Shown in pieces: positions 48,150-59,137 of a stretch of DNA of 64,000 bases. The stretch is taken from the NCBI GenBank assembly GCA_044375955.1, contig JBILLS010000002.1, forward strand, positions 86,025 through 150,024, given 5' to 3'. The translations under genes and the position numbers were made by a program. How positions within the stretch are numbered: the stretch's first letter is position 1; each line of letters starts with the position of its first letter. Source of the stretch: Candidatus Nanopelagicales bacterium (GTDB lineage Bacteria; Actinomycetota; Actinomycetes; S36-B12). Under the pieces are notes generated by a model. That model ran no database searches and was not told the DNA's origin. It saw only the letters and a program-made list of their open reading frames with translations.

Positions 48150-49102
48150 GACACACCACGCAGGTGTGCTGCAAGGGTGAACAGTCCCCCCAGATCCACC
48201 CCGGTGCGGAGCAGGGGCAGTTCCAGGACAGGAAGGCCGGTTTCCGCCAACCGACTCCGCTCGTTGTCCTCGAGGGCAAGTCGCTGGGCCAGGTCCCGCG
48301 CATCGTCGACGAGCAGGGCGGCAACCTCCTCGGTATCCCGGGTGATGCCGGAGCGCCGGAGTTGCTCGGCGATCCCCATTCCTGCGGTGGCGCGCGCGAG
48401 ATCGTTCACGGCGAGGGTGCTGCTCCGCACCATGTTCACGAAGATGGCGCCGAGCGGCAGGCCCGCCTGACGCAATTCCTCGACCCCGTCCAGCGTCTCC
48501 TGCACCGGCATCTCCTCCAGCAGGGTGACCAGGTGCACCGCCGTCCGAGGTGAGGCGATCACGCTCATGACGAGTTCGGCGTGGTTGTGGATCGGACCGA
48601 CGCGCGCGACGCCGGACACCTCGGAGTTCACGTTGAGGAAGGCCGTGATGCGACCCGTGGGCGGGGCGTCGAGGACGACGGCGTCGTATCCCTGGCCCTT
48701 GTCCTTGCGGCGCACGACCTCCACGGCCTTGCCGGTCAGCAACACATCGCGCAGTCCTGGGGCGATCGTCGTGGCGAACTCGATCGCCCCCATCTTGCGC
48801 AGCGCGCTGCCCGCGCGACGCAGGTTGTAGAAAAGCTCGAGATAGTCCAGGAGCGCGTCCTCGGGATCGACGGCGAGGGCCCACACTTCGCCACCCTCGG
48901 GAGCCACTGCGATACGCGTCTCAGCGTGGGGGAGCGGCGGGACGTCGAAGAGTTGTGCAATCCCCTGCCTCCCCTCGACCTCCATCAGCAGGGTGCGGCG
49001 CCCCTCGGCCGCCAGCGCCAAGGCGAGTGCTGCGGCAACGGTGGTCTTGCCGGTTCCACCTTTGCCGCTCACCACATGCAGGTCGGCCTGGGGCAGAGTC
49101 AC
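48146..49102 (-). CDS. ArsA/Get3-like P-loop ATPase (first of pair)
   Basis: Start chosen at GTG 49102 (VTLPQADLHVVSGKGGTGKTT). P-loop GKGGTGKT. DTAPTG-like DAPPTG. Confidence 0.8.
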   Translation of the reverse strand: MTLPQADLHVVSGKGGTGKTTVAAALALALAAEGRRTLLMEVEGRQGIAQLFDVPPLPHAETRIAVAPEGGEVWALAVDPEDALLDYLELFYNLRRAGSALRKMGAIEFATTIAPGLRDVLLTGKAVEVVRRKDKGQGYDAVVLDAPPTGRITAFLNVNSEVSGVARVGPIHNHAELVMSVIASPRTAVHLVTLLEEMPVQETLDGVEELRQAGLPLGAIFVNMVRSSTLAVNDLARATAGMGIAEQLRRSGITRDTEEVAALLVDDARDLAQRLALEDNERSRLAETGLPVLELPLLRTGVDLGGLFTLAAHLRGVS

Positions 49103-49155
49103 CCGAGCACAGTAGACGGCTCCGGCCACCGATCCACGATCGCTACTGTGGTGGC

Positions 49156-49311
49156 ATGACTCGCTGGGAATACGCAACCGTGCCACTGCTCATCCACGCC
49201 ACCAAGCAGATCCTCGACACCTGGGGTCAGGACGGCTGGGAACTCGTGCAGGTGGTCCCCGGTCCCAATCCGGAGAACATGGTGGCCTACCTCAAGCGGC
49301 CGGTGGGCTGA
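49156..49311 (+). CDS. DUF4177-like small protein
   Basis: MTRWEYATVPLLIHATKQILDTWGQDGWELVQVVPGPNPENMVAYLKRPVG (51 aa), taken from the 3' part of ORF 48955..49311. Confidence 0.65.
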   Translation: MTRWEYATVPLLIHATKQILDTWGQDGWELVQVVPGPNPENMVAYLKRPVG

Positions 49312-49775
49312 TGTCCTCCGTCGAGGAGCGCCTCGCGCACGAGGGCTTCACCGTCCCGACGGTCGCCACTCCCCTTGCCTCCTACACCCCCGCTGTGCGC
49401 AGCGGTCCGTACGTCTACGTCTCCGGTCAGTTGCCCTTCGTCAACGGCGAGTTGCCGCGGCACGGCAAGGTCGGCACCGATCTCACGGCAGAAGAAGCCG
49501 CCGACCTCGCCCAGACCTGCGCACTCAACGCAATCGCGGCGGTGCGCAGTGTGATCGACGATCTCGACAGGGTCGTGCGCGTGGTGAAGGTCGTCGGTTT
49601 CGTCGCCAGTGCGGGGAACTTCACCGCGCAACCACTGGTCATCAATGGCGCCAGCAACCTGTTGGTCCTCGCCTTCGGCGAAGCCGGGGTCCATGCCCGC
49701 TCGGCAGTCGGAGTCGTCTCCCTACCCCTCGACTCACCCGTCGAGGTGGAGATGATCGTCGAAGTAGCCGACTGA
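49311..49775 (+). CDS. RidA/YjgF-family protein
   Basis: 154-aa ORF with YVYVSGQLP and a C-terminal ARSAVGV..LP..VEVE. Confidence 0.8.
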   Translation: MSSVEERLAHEGFTVPTVATPLASYTPAVRSGPYVYVSGQLPFVNGELPRHGKVGTDLTAEEAADLAQTCALNAIAAVRSVIDDLDRVVRVVKVVGFVASAGNFTAQPLVINGASNLLVLAFGEAGVHARSAVGVVSLPLDSPVEVEMIVEVAD

Positions 49776-49778
49776 TTC

Positions 49779-50429
49779 GTGGACCTGCACAGCCGGCTCT
49801 CCTCGATCGCGCGGGGTGATGGTGCGTGGACGCCTCCCGCTGCGCTGCCCGCGGCGACGATCGTCCTGTCACGTGGAGATCACGTGCTGGTGATGCGCCG
49901 CGTGGAGACGATGGCCTTCGCCCCTCGCATGCATGTATTCCCCGGAGGTCGACTCGAGGAGATCGACCTCACCGCCGATGACCCGTTCCTCGCATGCGCG
50001 ATTCGCGAGGCCCGGGAAGAGGTGGGCATCGTGGTCACCGGTGACATCCGCCTCATCGACCACTGGATCACGCCGGAGTTCGAGTCCCGTCGATTCGACG
50101 TCCGTTTCTTCCTCGCGGAGGTCACCGATCCGGGAGATCTCGTCACCACCGAGGCGGACCAGGTGATGTGGCTGAGCATCAACGACGCTCTCGCTGAACA
50201 CGAGCAGGGTCGTCTGCCCATGCTGCGCCCCACGGTGGAGGTGCTCGGGTTGGTGCAGCGCATCCTCGCGGGTGACCCCGTGCCTCCGGTGACGCCGAAA
50301 CTTCCCCGCCCGCGCGATGCCGCGGGGGTTCTGGCCTGGGACATCGTGCACGCCGACACCGGTGAGGTGCTCGCCCGCGACATCATCGGACCGGGTTATG
50401 CGGAGGTCGAAGGGGTGGCGGTCCGATGA
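49779..50429 (+). CDS. NUDIX hydrolase
   Basis: 216-aa ORF with a Nudix-box-like FPGGRLE...AIREAREEVGI. Confidence 0.7.
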   Translation: MDLHSRLSSIARGDGAWTPPAALPAATIVLSRGDHVLVMRRVETMAFAPRMHVFPGGRLEEIDLTADDPFLACAIREAREEVGIVVTGDIRLIDHWITPEFESRRFDVRFFLAEVTDPGDLVTTEADQVMWLSINDALAEHEQGRLPMLRPTVEVLGLVQRILAGDPVPPVTPKLPRPRDAAGVLAWDIVHADTGEVLARDIIGPGYAEVEGVAVR

Positions 50430-51283
50430 GCGGCAGGGTGCTTCCTGGGCCGGATGTTGCGTGGACGGGCGGGGGTCCGCGGGACTACGCACAGTGTGTG
50501 CTCGCACCCAACCCGTCGCCCTGGACGCTCGAGGGAACCAACACCTGGATCCTCGGGCAGGCCGGCGTGTGCGTCATCGTCGATCCGGGGCCGGAGAGCG
50601 CCGAGCACCACGCAGCTGTGCTCGCTGCATGCGAGGAGCGCGGTGAATCACCGCGGATGATCCTCCTGACCCACGGTCACATCGACCATTCCGAGGGCGC
50701 GCGCACCCTGGCCGAGCGCCTTCGGGTGCCTGTCCGCGCCTGGGATCCCCACTTCTCCTTCGACCCCGCTCACGTCGGCAATGCGGAGGTGCTCAGTCAC
50801 GGCGAGATCCTCGACATCCAGGGCCGTGATGTGTCCGTGCTCGCAACTCCGGGGCACAGTTCGGACAGCGTGTGCCTCGTGGTGGGTGACTGTGTGCTCA
50901 CCGGGGATACCGTGCTTGGACGCGGCACGACGGTCGTCGCCTACCCGGACGGCAACCTCGGTGAGTACTTGGCCAGCCTCGAAGCCCTGCGCACATTCTG
51001 CGCGGATAACGGCGTGGCTTCCCTGCTCCCGGGTCACGGGCCGGTTCTGGATGATCCGGTGGGGGTCCTGCATGCCTACCAGGAACACCGGGCCGTGCGC
51101 CTTGAGCAGGTGCGCGCGGTGTGGTCGGGTGGCGGTGATGTCGAGGAGATCGTCGACATCGTCTACGCGGATGTCCCGCAGGCGGTGCGTGCCGCCGCGG
51201 TGTTAACGGTGCGCGCCCAGGTGGCGTATCTAGCGGGCTCTGCGGCGCAGACGCTCGACATCGACGATCAGAACCTGGCGTGA
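50426..51283 (+). CDS. MBL-fold metallo-hydrolase
   Basis: 285-aa ORF with THGHIDHSEG, PGHS and PGHG motifs. Its 3' end overlaps convergent crp by 54 nt. Confidence 0.8.
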   Translation: MSGRVLPGPDVAWTGGGPRDYAQCVLAPNPSPWTLEGTNTWILGQAGVCVIVDPGPESAEHHAAVLAACEERGESPRMILLTHGHIDHSEGARTLAERLRVPVRAWDPHFSFDPAHVGNAEVLSHGEILDIQGRDVSVLATPGHSSDSVCLVVGDCVLTGDTVLGRGTTVVAYPDGNLGEYLASLEALRTFCADNGVASLLPGHGPVLDDPVGVLHAYQEHRAVRLEQVRAVWSGGGDVEEIVDIVYADVPQAVRAAAVLTVRAQVAYLAGSAAQTLDIDDQNLA

Positions 51284-51904
51284 TTCCAGGCGTAACCATC
51301 CGCGCTGGGTGAAGTCGGCGAGGGCTTTGTTCACGGTCTCGCGCGATGCACCGACGAGTTGCGCGATCTCCTCCTGCGTCATGTCATGGGTGACGAGCAG
51401 GCCGTCGGGGGTGACGGTGCCGAACTTCTCACCCAGATCCATGAGCGCTTTCGCCACGCGACCCGGGACGTCGGAGAAGACGAGATCGGCCATTGCCTCG
51501 TTGGTGCGCCGGAGGCGCCGGGCCAATGCCTGAAGGAGTGCAGCGGCGACCTCGGGTCGTCCAGCCAACCAGGGCATCAGCTGCTCATTGCTCAACTCGA
51601 GGACGGATGCGTCGGTCAGCGCTGTCGCGGTCGCAGCGCGCTTACCCGGGTCGAACAGGCTCAACTCACCGAACATCTCGCCGGGGCCGAGGACGGCCAT
51701 CAGGGATTCACGGCCGTCGGGGGAGGAGTGCCCGAGCTTGACTTTGCCGTCGAGGATGACGTAGAGACGGTCGCCGGGCTCACCCTCCTCAAAGAGGGTT
51801 TGCCCTTTGAGGACATGTTTCTCGATCAGGGTTTCGCGCAGAACTTGCGCACCCTCGGCATCGAGTGCAGCGAAGAGCGGACTCGCGCTCAACACCCCAT
51901 CCAT
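51230..51904 (-). CDS. crp: Crp/Fnr-family cAMP-responsive transcriptional regulator
   Basis: Start at MDGVLSASPLFAAL (ATG 51904, GGGAGGAAAC upstream), 224 aa. cNMP-binding FGELSLFD..RAATA and the HTH QEEIAQLVGASRETVNKAL. Confidence 0.9.
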   Translation of the reverse strand: MDGVLSASPLFAALDAEGAQVLRETLIEKHVLKGQTLFEEGEPGDRLYVILDGKVKLGHSSPDGRESLMAVLGPGEMFGELSLFDPGKRAATATALTDASVLELSNEQLMPWLAGRPEVAAALLQALARRLRRTNEAMADLVFSDVPGRVAKALMDLGEKFGTVTPDGLLVTHDMTQEEIAQLVGASRETVNKALADFTQRGWLRLESRQVLIVDVERLRRRAR

Positions 51905-51950
51905 GTTTCCTCCCTCATCCTGATTGTTGCCTATGACGACGTTCGGGTCC

Positions 51951-52592
51951 ATGGGGGGTCGGACGTACCCTGGGGGGGTGCACCCATGGATTCCGCTCGC
52001 ATTCATCGTGGCGTTGGCAGGGTGCGCGCAATCCAGTGATGCTGCGGGCGTACGCGTGACGGACTCCCCTCCGGCATCGGTCGACGTGGCCACCACCACA
52101 GGTGATGTCGTGGCGAACTTGGCGGCCGAGATAGATCTGGAACCGTGCCCACCCGCGACGGAATCCGGCACACCCGTGGTCCCCGGGCTTCCCGATGAGG
52201 AGTTCCCCTGTCTCGGCGGAGGACCCGCGGTGAACCTCGCCGCCCTCCGTGGAACACCGATGGTGGTGAATGTCTGGGCATCGTGGTGCCCACCCTGCGT
52301 CGACGAGATGCCCATCCTGGCGGCCGCCGATGAGAAGTACGACGGCATCCAGTTCCTCGGTGTGACCATCCAGGATGATCCGGTCAAGTCCCTGGAACTG
52401 CTCAAGGATGTGGGCGTGGTGTTCCCATCCGTCGTCGATCCCGCCGGCTCGATACGAGCGCCGCTCCTCGTCACCGGACCACCGGTGACGTTCTTCATCG
52501 ACGCGAAGGGCATCATCACCGGACGCTTCGATGGTGCGATCCCCGATGTCGAGACTATGGACGCACTCATCGCGGAGCACCTGACCCCGTGA
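51951..52592 (+). CDS. TlpA/ResA-like thiol:disulfide oxidoreductase lipoprotein
   Basis: ORF 51924..52592. Lipobox IVALAGC|AQS. Thioredoxin active site WASWCPPC. The start is uncertain (TTG 51924, ATG 51933 or ATG 51951). Confidence 0.75.
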   Translation: MGGRTYPGGVHPWIPLAFIVALAGCAQSSDAAGVRVTDSPPASVDVATTTGDVVANLAAEIDLEPCPPATESGTPVVPGLPDEEFPCLGGGPAVNLAALRGTPMVVNVWASWCPPCVDEMPILAAADEKYDGIQFLGVTIQDDPVKSLELLKDVGVVFPSVVDPAGSIRAPLLVTGPPVTFFIDAKGIITGRFDGAIPDVETMDALIAEHLTP

Positions 52593-53242
52593 CGTGGCGC
52601 AGCACCGGTGAGTTGCTCCTGCCCGAGACATCCCTTCCCGAGTGGGTGCGCCCCGTAGCGCACTTCGCATCCTCCGCGCACGTGTCCCGCCTGACGCGAT
52701 TCGCCCCGACTGCTGGCGCTGGTCGCCATGCGGCGGTGTTGATCCTGCTGGGTGAGGGTCCCGAGGTCGTCCTTGTGCAGCGGGCCGGGGGAGACGCACT
52801 CCACTCGGGGCAGCCCGCGTTCCCCGGCGGCGTGGTGGAACCCCAGGATGTGGATGCGATCGATGCCGCACTGCGGGAGACCCATGAGGAGATCGGGGTG
52901 GCACGTAAAGAGATCACCCCTTTCGCGCTGCTTCCCGACCTCCTGATCCCGGTCAGTGATTTCGTTGTGAGTCCGGTGCTCGCCGTGTGGAACGAGCCGC
53001 GCGATGTGACCGCGCAGGATCTGAATGAGATCTCCTCCGTGCACCGGGTGGCGATCCGCGACCTGGCCTCCGCGGAAAATCGGTGCTTGGTCCGGCACCC
53101 CTCCGGCTTCGTCAGCCCGGGATTCGAGGTTTCCTCCATGTTGGTGTGGGGATTCACCGCGGGAATCCTCGACGGGCTTCTTCGCGAGGCAGCGTGGGAG
53201 GAACCCTGGGACTCCGAGCGCGTCATCACGCTGTCCAGCTGA
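52589..53242 (+). CDS. NUDIX hydrolase, CoA pyrophosphatase-like
   Basis: 217-aa ORF with the Nudix box FPGGVVEP.....AALRETHEEIGV. Confidence 0.7.
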   Translation: MTWRSTGELLLPETSLPEWVRPVAHFASSAHVSRLTRFAPTAGAGRHAAVLILLGEGPEVVLVQRAGGDALHSGQPAFPGGVVEPQDVDAIDAALRETHEEIGVARKEITPFALLPDLLIPVSDFVVSPVLAVWNEPRDVTAQDLNEISSVHRVAIRDLASAENRCLVRHPSGFVSPGFEVSSMLVWGFTAGILDGLLREAAWEEPWDSERVITLSS

Positions 53243-53265
53243 TTACGCAGTCATGATGGAGCGCT

Positions 53266-54471
53266 ATGGCCATCATCGACTGGGTGCTCATCGGTGCCTT
53301 CGTGATCTTCGCGTGGACCGGGTGGCGTCAGGGCTTCATCGCCGGGGTGTTCTCCTTCGTGGGGTTCCTCGGTGGCGGCGCACTCGTGGTGTGGTTGCTT
53401 CCGTCACGTATTGAGCAGTGGATCGAGCCATCCACTCTGCGGCTCATCGCGCTGGTCGGTGCCGTGGTCCTCGGCGCGATCCTCGGACAGGTGCTCATGT
53501 CGATCCTCGGACACAGGATCCGATCCGTGGTGGTGTGGAAGCCAGCGCGAGTCGTCGATCACGCGCTCGGTGCCGGCCTGAACGTGATCGCCCTCGCGGT
53601 GATGCTGTGGGTACTGGCCTCCGCGCTCGTCTACGCGCCATTCGCGGTGGTCAGCGATCAGGTCAGTTCCTCACGTGTGCTGACCACCCTGGATGCGGCG
53701 GTGCCGAGCCAGGCCCGTGACGCCTTCTACGAGGTCACTGGCACCCTCGCGGACACCGCGGTTCCGCGGATCGTCGCGGGGGCGGGGGACCTGCTCTCAC
53801 CCGAGGTCGACGCACCCGATGCCGCAGTTGTCGATCCCATCGTGGACCAGACGCGCGCGTCGATTGTGAAGATCGTGGGCGATGCCCGTGAATGCAACCA
53901 AATCGTGTCCGGGTCGGGCTTCGTCCTGGAGCGCGGATTGATCGCAACCAACGCCCATGTGGTCGCTGGCGCCTCGGATCTGAGGGTCAGGGTGCGGTCG
54001 GGGATCTCCTCGGTGAGCGCGTCGGTGGTCTACTTCGACCCGGAGACGGACATCGCCCTGCTCAGCGCACCGGATCTCGACGCCCCGCCCGTGGATCTGG
54101 TCCTCGCACCCCTGGAGCGGGGCACATCCGTGGTGACCGCGGGGTTCCCCGGGGGCGGTCGCTTCACCGCATTGCCGGCACGTGTGCGTGACCTCGCCGT
54201 GACGCGGGGCGAGTCGATCTACGGGGAACCGGGTGTGCGGCGGGAGGTCTACGTCCTGCGCGGCAACGTGGAGCCGGGGATCTCGGGTGGCCCGGTGCTG
54301 ACCGAGGACGGCCGCGTGGCCGGAATGGTGTTCGCGGCCGGCCTGGATGAGCCCGAGGTTGCCTACGCGTTGACCAGTCAGGTCATCGCCGAGGCGAGCG
54401 CGCTTTCGGGAGCCGAGCCCGTTCCCACTGGCAGTTGCGAGGTCGTGGTGGCCTCGTCATCGCGAGGTTAG
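53266..54471 (+). CDS. MarP-type membrane serine protease (CvpA membrane domain + trypsin-like S1 domain)
   Basis: 401-aa ORF with four N-terminal TM helices, then the chymotrypsin-fold triad context TNAHVV, DIALL and GISGGPV. Confidence 0.8.
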   Translation: MAIIDWVLIGAFVIFAWTGWRQGFIAGVFSFVGFLGGGALVVWLLPSRIEQWIEPSTLRLIALVGAVVLGAILGQVLMSILGHRIRSVVVWKPARVVDHALGAGLNVIALAVMLWVLASALVYAPFAVVSDQVSSSRVLTTLDAAVPSQARDAFYEVTGTLADTAVPRIVAGAGDLLSPEVDAPDAAVVDPIVDQTRASIVKIVGDARECNQIVSGSGFVLERGLIATNAHVVAGASDLRVRVRSGISSVSASVVYFDPETDIALLSAPDLDAPPVDLVLAPLERGTSVVTAGFPGGGRFTALPARVRDLAVTRGESIYGEPGVRREVYVLRGNVEPGISGGPVLTEDGRVAGMVFAAGLDEPEVAYALTSQVIAEASALSGAEPVPTGSCEVVVASSSRG

Positions 54472-55365
54472 CCACTCGATCGTGATGCGGTGGAAGTCAC
54501 CGGGCAGTTCCTCGTGCACGAAGTGACCTGCGGGCAGGTCACGCTGGGTGTACGTGCCCCTGACGTACTCCTCGCAGCCGGCGAACGTCTCGGCGCGGAG
54601 GAGTGGATTCTGTGATCCAGTGATGACGAGCACGTCGGTGGTCAGCGGTGTCTCCATGCGTGACATGTAGGTCACGCCGTCCGAGCGATACACCGAGCGC
54701 ATAGCCCATCGATACGACTCGATCGCTGTGTGGGCCGTGGGCCAGCGCAGGAAGGCGGTGCGGTAGCGCTCGAGGGTGTCGGCATCCAGCCAGGTGTCAT
54801 CATCCGACCATGCGCGCAGGAAGTGCTCGACCCGTGCTGCGCCGGCGGAGCGCAGTGTCCGCTCCGGCCACAAGGGGAGTTGCAGACCCCAGATGAATCC
54901 CATCGCCCTGCGCTGACTCCGATCGGCCAGCATCGCGTGCCGCATGCGCCGCGGGTGGGGTGCGTTGACGGCGATGACACCGTCAGTGACGTCCGGATGC
55001 ATCACCCCCATGGTCCAGGCCACGATGCCGCCCCACCCATGGCCGATGACTGTTGCGCGATCCTCGCCGAGACTTCGGATGATGGTGGCGACGTCCTCCG
55101 CGAGCGTCGTCGGGTCGTACCCGTGCGGGGGATGGTCCGACGCACCGTAGCCGCGCATGTCGACGGCCACGACACGAAAGCCGTCACCGGCCAACTCGGG
55201 GATGATGTGTCGCCACGTCCACCAGAACTGCGGAAAGCCATGCAGCAGGATGACCAGTGGTCCCTCGCCCTGCTCGGCGATGTGGAATCGGGAACCGTTC
55301 GCAGAGAGATCGCGGTGTCGCCACGGCCCGTCGGCGCGCAACACCTGCTCGGGGCTGATGGGCAC
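54457..55365 (-). CDS. Alpha/beta hydrolase, epoxide-hydrolase-like
   Basis: 302-aa ORF with HGFP oxyanion-hole (LLHGFPQFWWTW), nucleophile elbow GHGWGG and C-terminal GHFVHEE. It overlaps the MarP 3' end by 15 nt. Confidence 0.8.
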   Translation of the reverse strand: MPISPEQVLRADGPWRHRDLSANGSRFHIAEQGEGPLVILLHGFPQFWWTWRHIIPELAGDGFRVVAVDMRGYGASDHPPHGYDPTTLAEDVATIIRSLGEDRATVIGHGWGGIVAWTMGVMHPDVTDGVIAVNAPHPRRMRHAMLADRSQRRAMGFIWGLQLPLWPERTLRSAGAARVEHFLRAWSDDDTWLDADTLERYRTAFLRWPTAHTAIESYRWAMRSVYRSDGVTYMSRMETPLTTDVLVITGSQNPLLRAETFAGCEEYVRGTYTQRDLPAGHFVHEELPGDFHRITIEWLTSR

Positions 55366-55368
55366 GTG

Positions 55369-55758
55369 CTACGGGGTGGTGATGCTCTGCGTGATGGCCT
55401 GTTGTGTCTTCTCGATTTCTGCCGCAGCGAGCTTCGGTCCACGGATCTTCTTGGCGTTGTTCGCGGCGATAAGCCCCGCGATCACCGCAACGAGGATCAG
55501 CCCGCCCGCGACGATAAGAAAGGACAGCCATGGTGCGAGTCCGGCAGCGACGAGACCCAATGCGGCAGCGACGAGCAGGAACAGGCCTGCAGTGCTGACG
55601 GCGCCGATCGCGACAAGTCCGAAGATTGAAACCTTCGCGACGTCCTGCCCGGTCTGCTGTAACTCGGCCTTGACGAGTGCAGCCTGAGCGGTCGCGAGAC
55701 GCTTCGCGTGGGACACGGTGCTGCCGATCAACGCACCGAGGCTGGATTGGTTCTCCAC
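55369..55758 (-). CDS. Small two-TM protein, actinobacterial Holin-X / DUF1469-like
   Basis: 129-aa ORF with an amphipathic N-terminus, two TM helices and a charged tail. No phage genes lie nearby. Confidence 0.55.
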   Translation of the reverse strand: MENQSSLGALIGSTVSHAKRLATAQAALVKAELQQTGQDVAKVSIFGLVAIGAVSTAGLFLLVAAALGLVAAGLAPWLSFLIVAGGLILVAVIAGLIAANNAKKIRGPKLAAAEIEKTQQAITQSITTP

Positions 55759-55767
55759 AGGGACAGG

Positions 55768-57060
55768 CTAGCGGGAGTCGGAATCGGGGAGTTGCTGGTA
55801 GACGTCTGGGATCCCATCCTCATTCACGTCCGCCTCCTCGACCTCGGCCACTCGGTCGTAGTGACGACGGCGTGCCGTGAGGACGATCGCCGCGAGGACC
55901 GTGGCGATTACGGATGCGGTGAGGATCGCCGCTTTCGCGGGGCCGAGGAGCTGCTCGCTGCCCTCGTACCCGAGCTCTGCAATGAGAAGCGCGACGGTGA
56001 AGCCGATACCCGCCAGCACACCGATGGCTGCGACATCACGCCATGCGATCCCCGGTGCCAGTGATGCACGGGTGAACCGCGCAGTGATCCATGCACCGGC
56101 GAAGACACCGATTGGCTTGCCCACGACGAGTCCGAGCAAAATTCCCAGGGCGACAGGTTCGGCGAGTGCGTCGATCAGGCCGATCGCGCGTAGATCCACG
56201 CCTGCAGCCAGGAAGGCGAAGATCGGGACAGCGATACCGGCACTCCAGGGATGGATGCGGTGCTCCAGGCGTTCCGCGGGTGAGGTCTCCTCCCCGGGAT
56301 CCGTGCGTACCCGCGTCAGGAGACCGAGGATCACCCCGGCCACAGTTGCGTGGACGCCGCTTCGGAAGGTGAAGTACCAGGCCAGGATCGCGAGTGGCAC
56401 GTAGAACCACGGCGAGGTCCACCGGAGTCGCTGCGCGATCGCGTACACGAGGAATGCCGCGATCGCTGCGAGGAACCACACCGCAGAGAACTTGTCCGAG
56501 TAGAAGATCGCGATGACCGCGATGGCCCCCAGGTCGTCGACGACAGCCAGGGTGAGGAGGAAGGCGCGCAGAGCAACGGGTAGCCGGCGGCCGAAGACGG
56601 CCAGCACAGCGAGTGCGAATGCGATGTCCGTGGCCATGGGGATACCCCACCCGGACAGATTTCCGCGCTCCATCGAGGCGTTCACTGCGACGAAGATCAG
56701 CGCAGGAATCGCCATACCGCCGATAGCGGCGGCTGCCGGAACAACCGCTTGCGATGCCTTGCTCAGTGATCCGACCACGAGCTCGTGCTTTAACTCGAGT
56801 CCCACGATGAAGAAGAAGATCGCAAGAAGTGCATCGGCGGCCCAGACGCCGAGGGACAGGTTCAACCCGAGCGACTCTGGACCGATGCGTACGTCGACGA
56901 GCGACGTGTAGGAGTCGCCCCATGGTGAGTTCGCCCAGATCAACGCGACGATCGCCGCCGTGATGAGGAGCAGTCCGCCGATGGTTTCATCACGCAGGTA
57001 GGCAAGGACCCAGCCACGCTCGCGCAGCGACGGCCGGGTGAGGAACTCCCGCCGATCCAT
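55768..57060 (-). CDS. nhaA: Na+/H+ antiporter NhaA
   Basis: 430-aa ORF with the NhaA N-terminus (ETIGGLLLITAAIVALIWANSPW), the acidic pair AVVDDLGAI and 12 TM helices. Confidence 0.9.
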   Translation of the reverse strand: MDRREFLTRPSLRERGWVLAYLRDETIGGLLLITAAIVALIWANSPWGDSYTSLVDVRIGPESLGLNLSLGVWAADALLAIFFFIVGLELKHELVVGSLSKASQAVVPAAAAIGGMAIPALIFVAVNASMERGNLSGWGIPMATDIAFALAVLAVFGRRLPVALRAFLLTLAVVDDLGAIAVIAIFYSDKFSAVWFLAAIAAFLVYAIAQRLRWTSPWFYVPLAILAWYFTFRSGVHATVAGVILGLLTRVRTDPGEETSPAERLEHRIHPWSAGIAVPIFAFLAAGVDLRAIGLIDALAEPVALGILLGLVVGKPIGVFAGAWITARFTRASLAPGIAWRDVAAIGVLAGIGFTVALLIAELGYEGSEQLLGPAKAAILTASVIATVLAAIVLTARRRHYDRVAEVEEADVNEDGIPDVYQQLPDSDSR

Positions 57061-57098
57061 TCAAGCACCCTACCCAGCGATGGCTGGTCGGGTCCCGG

Positions 57099-59051
<1,953 letters not shown>

Positions 59052-59137
59052 GGTCGCTCCCATCGACGTCGGACACATTCTGGCGTACAGCCACAGGCGA
59101 GGTGGGCTGAGTGGGGAAGCGTCGTTAGCGTGACGCT

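Noticed and set aside
48150-48884. N-terminal extension of the 621-aa minus-strand ORF 47019..48884
   Set aside because: The ArsA-like protein starts at MTDFDLD (48149) with an ATGA overlap to the upstream ArsA stop. The extension is out-of-frame antisense-like sequence overlapping the first ArsA gene in another frame.
51905-53098. N-terminal 398 residues of the 622-aa minus-strand ORF 51230..53098
   Set aside because: Only the C-terminal 224 aa (from ATG 51904, with a strong RBS) is Crp. The extension runs antisense through the TlpA-like and NUDIX genes and has low-complexity Arg/Gly/Pro composition.
59127-59137. Palindrome AGCGTgACGCT just upstream of the Fic-like start, in the acs divergent region
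   Set aside because: It is short and isolated and matches no operator consensus I know (it is not Crp-like TGTGA-n6-TCACA). It is noted only.
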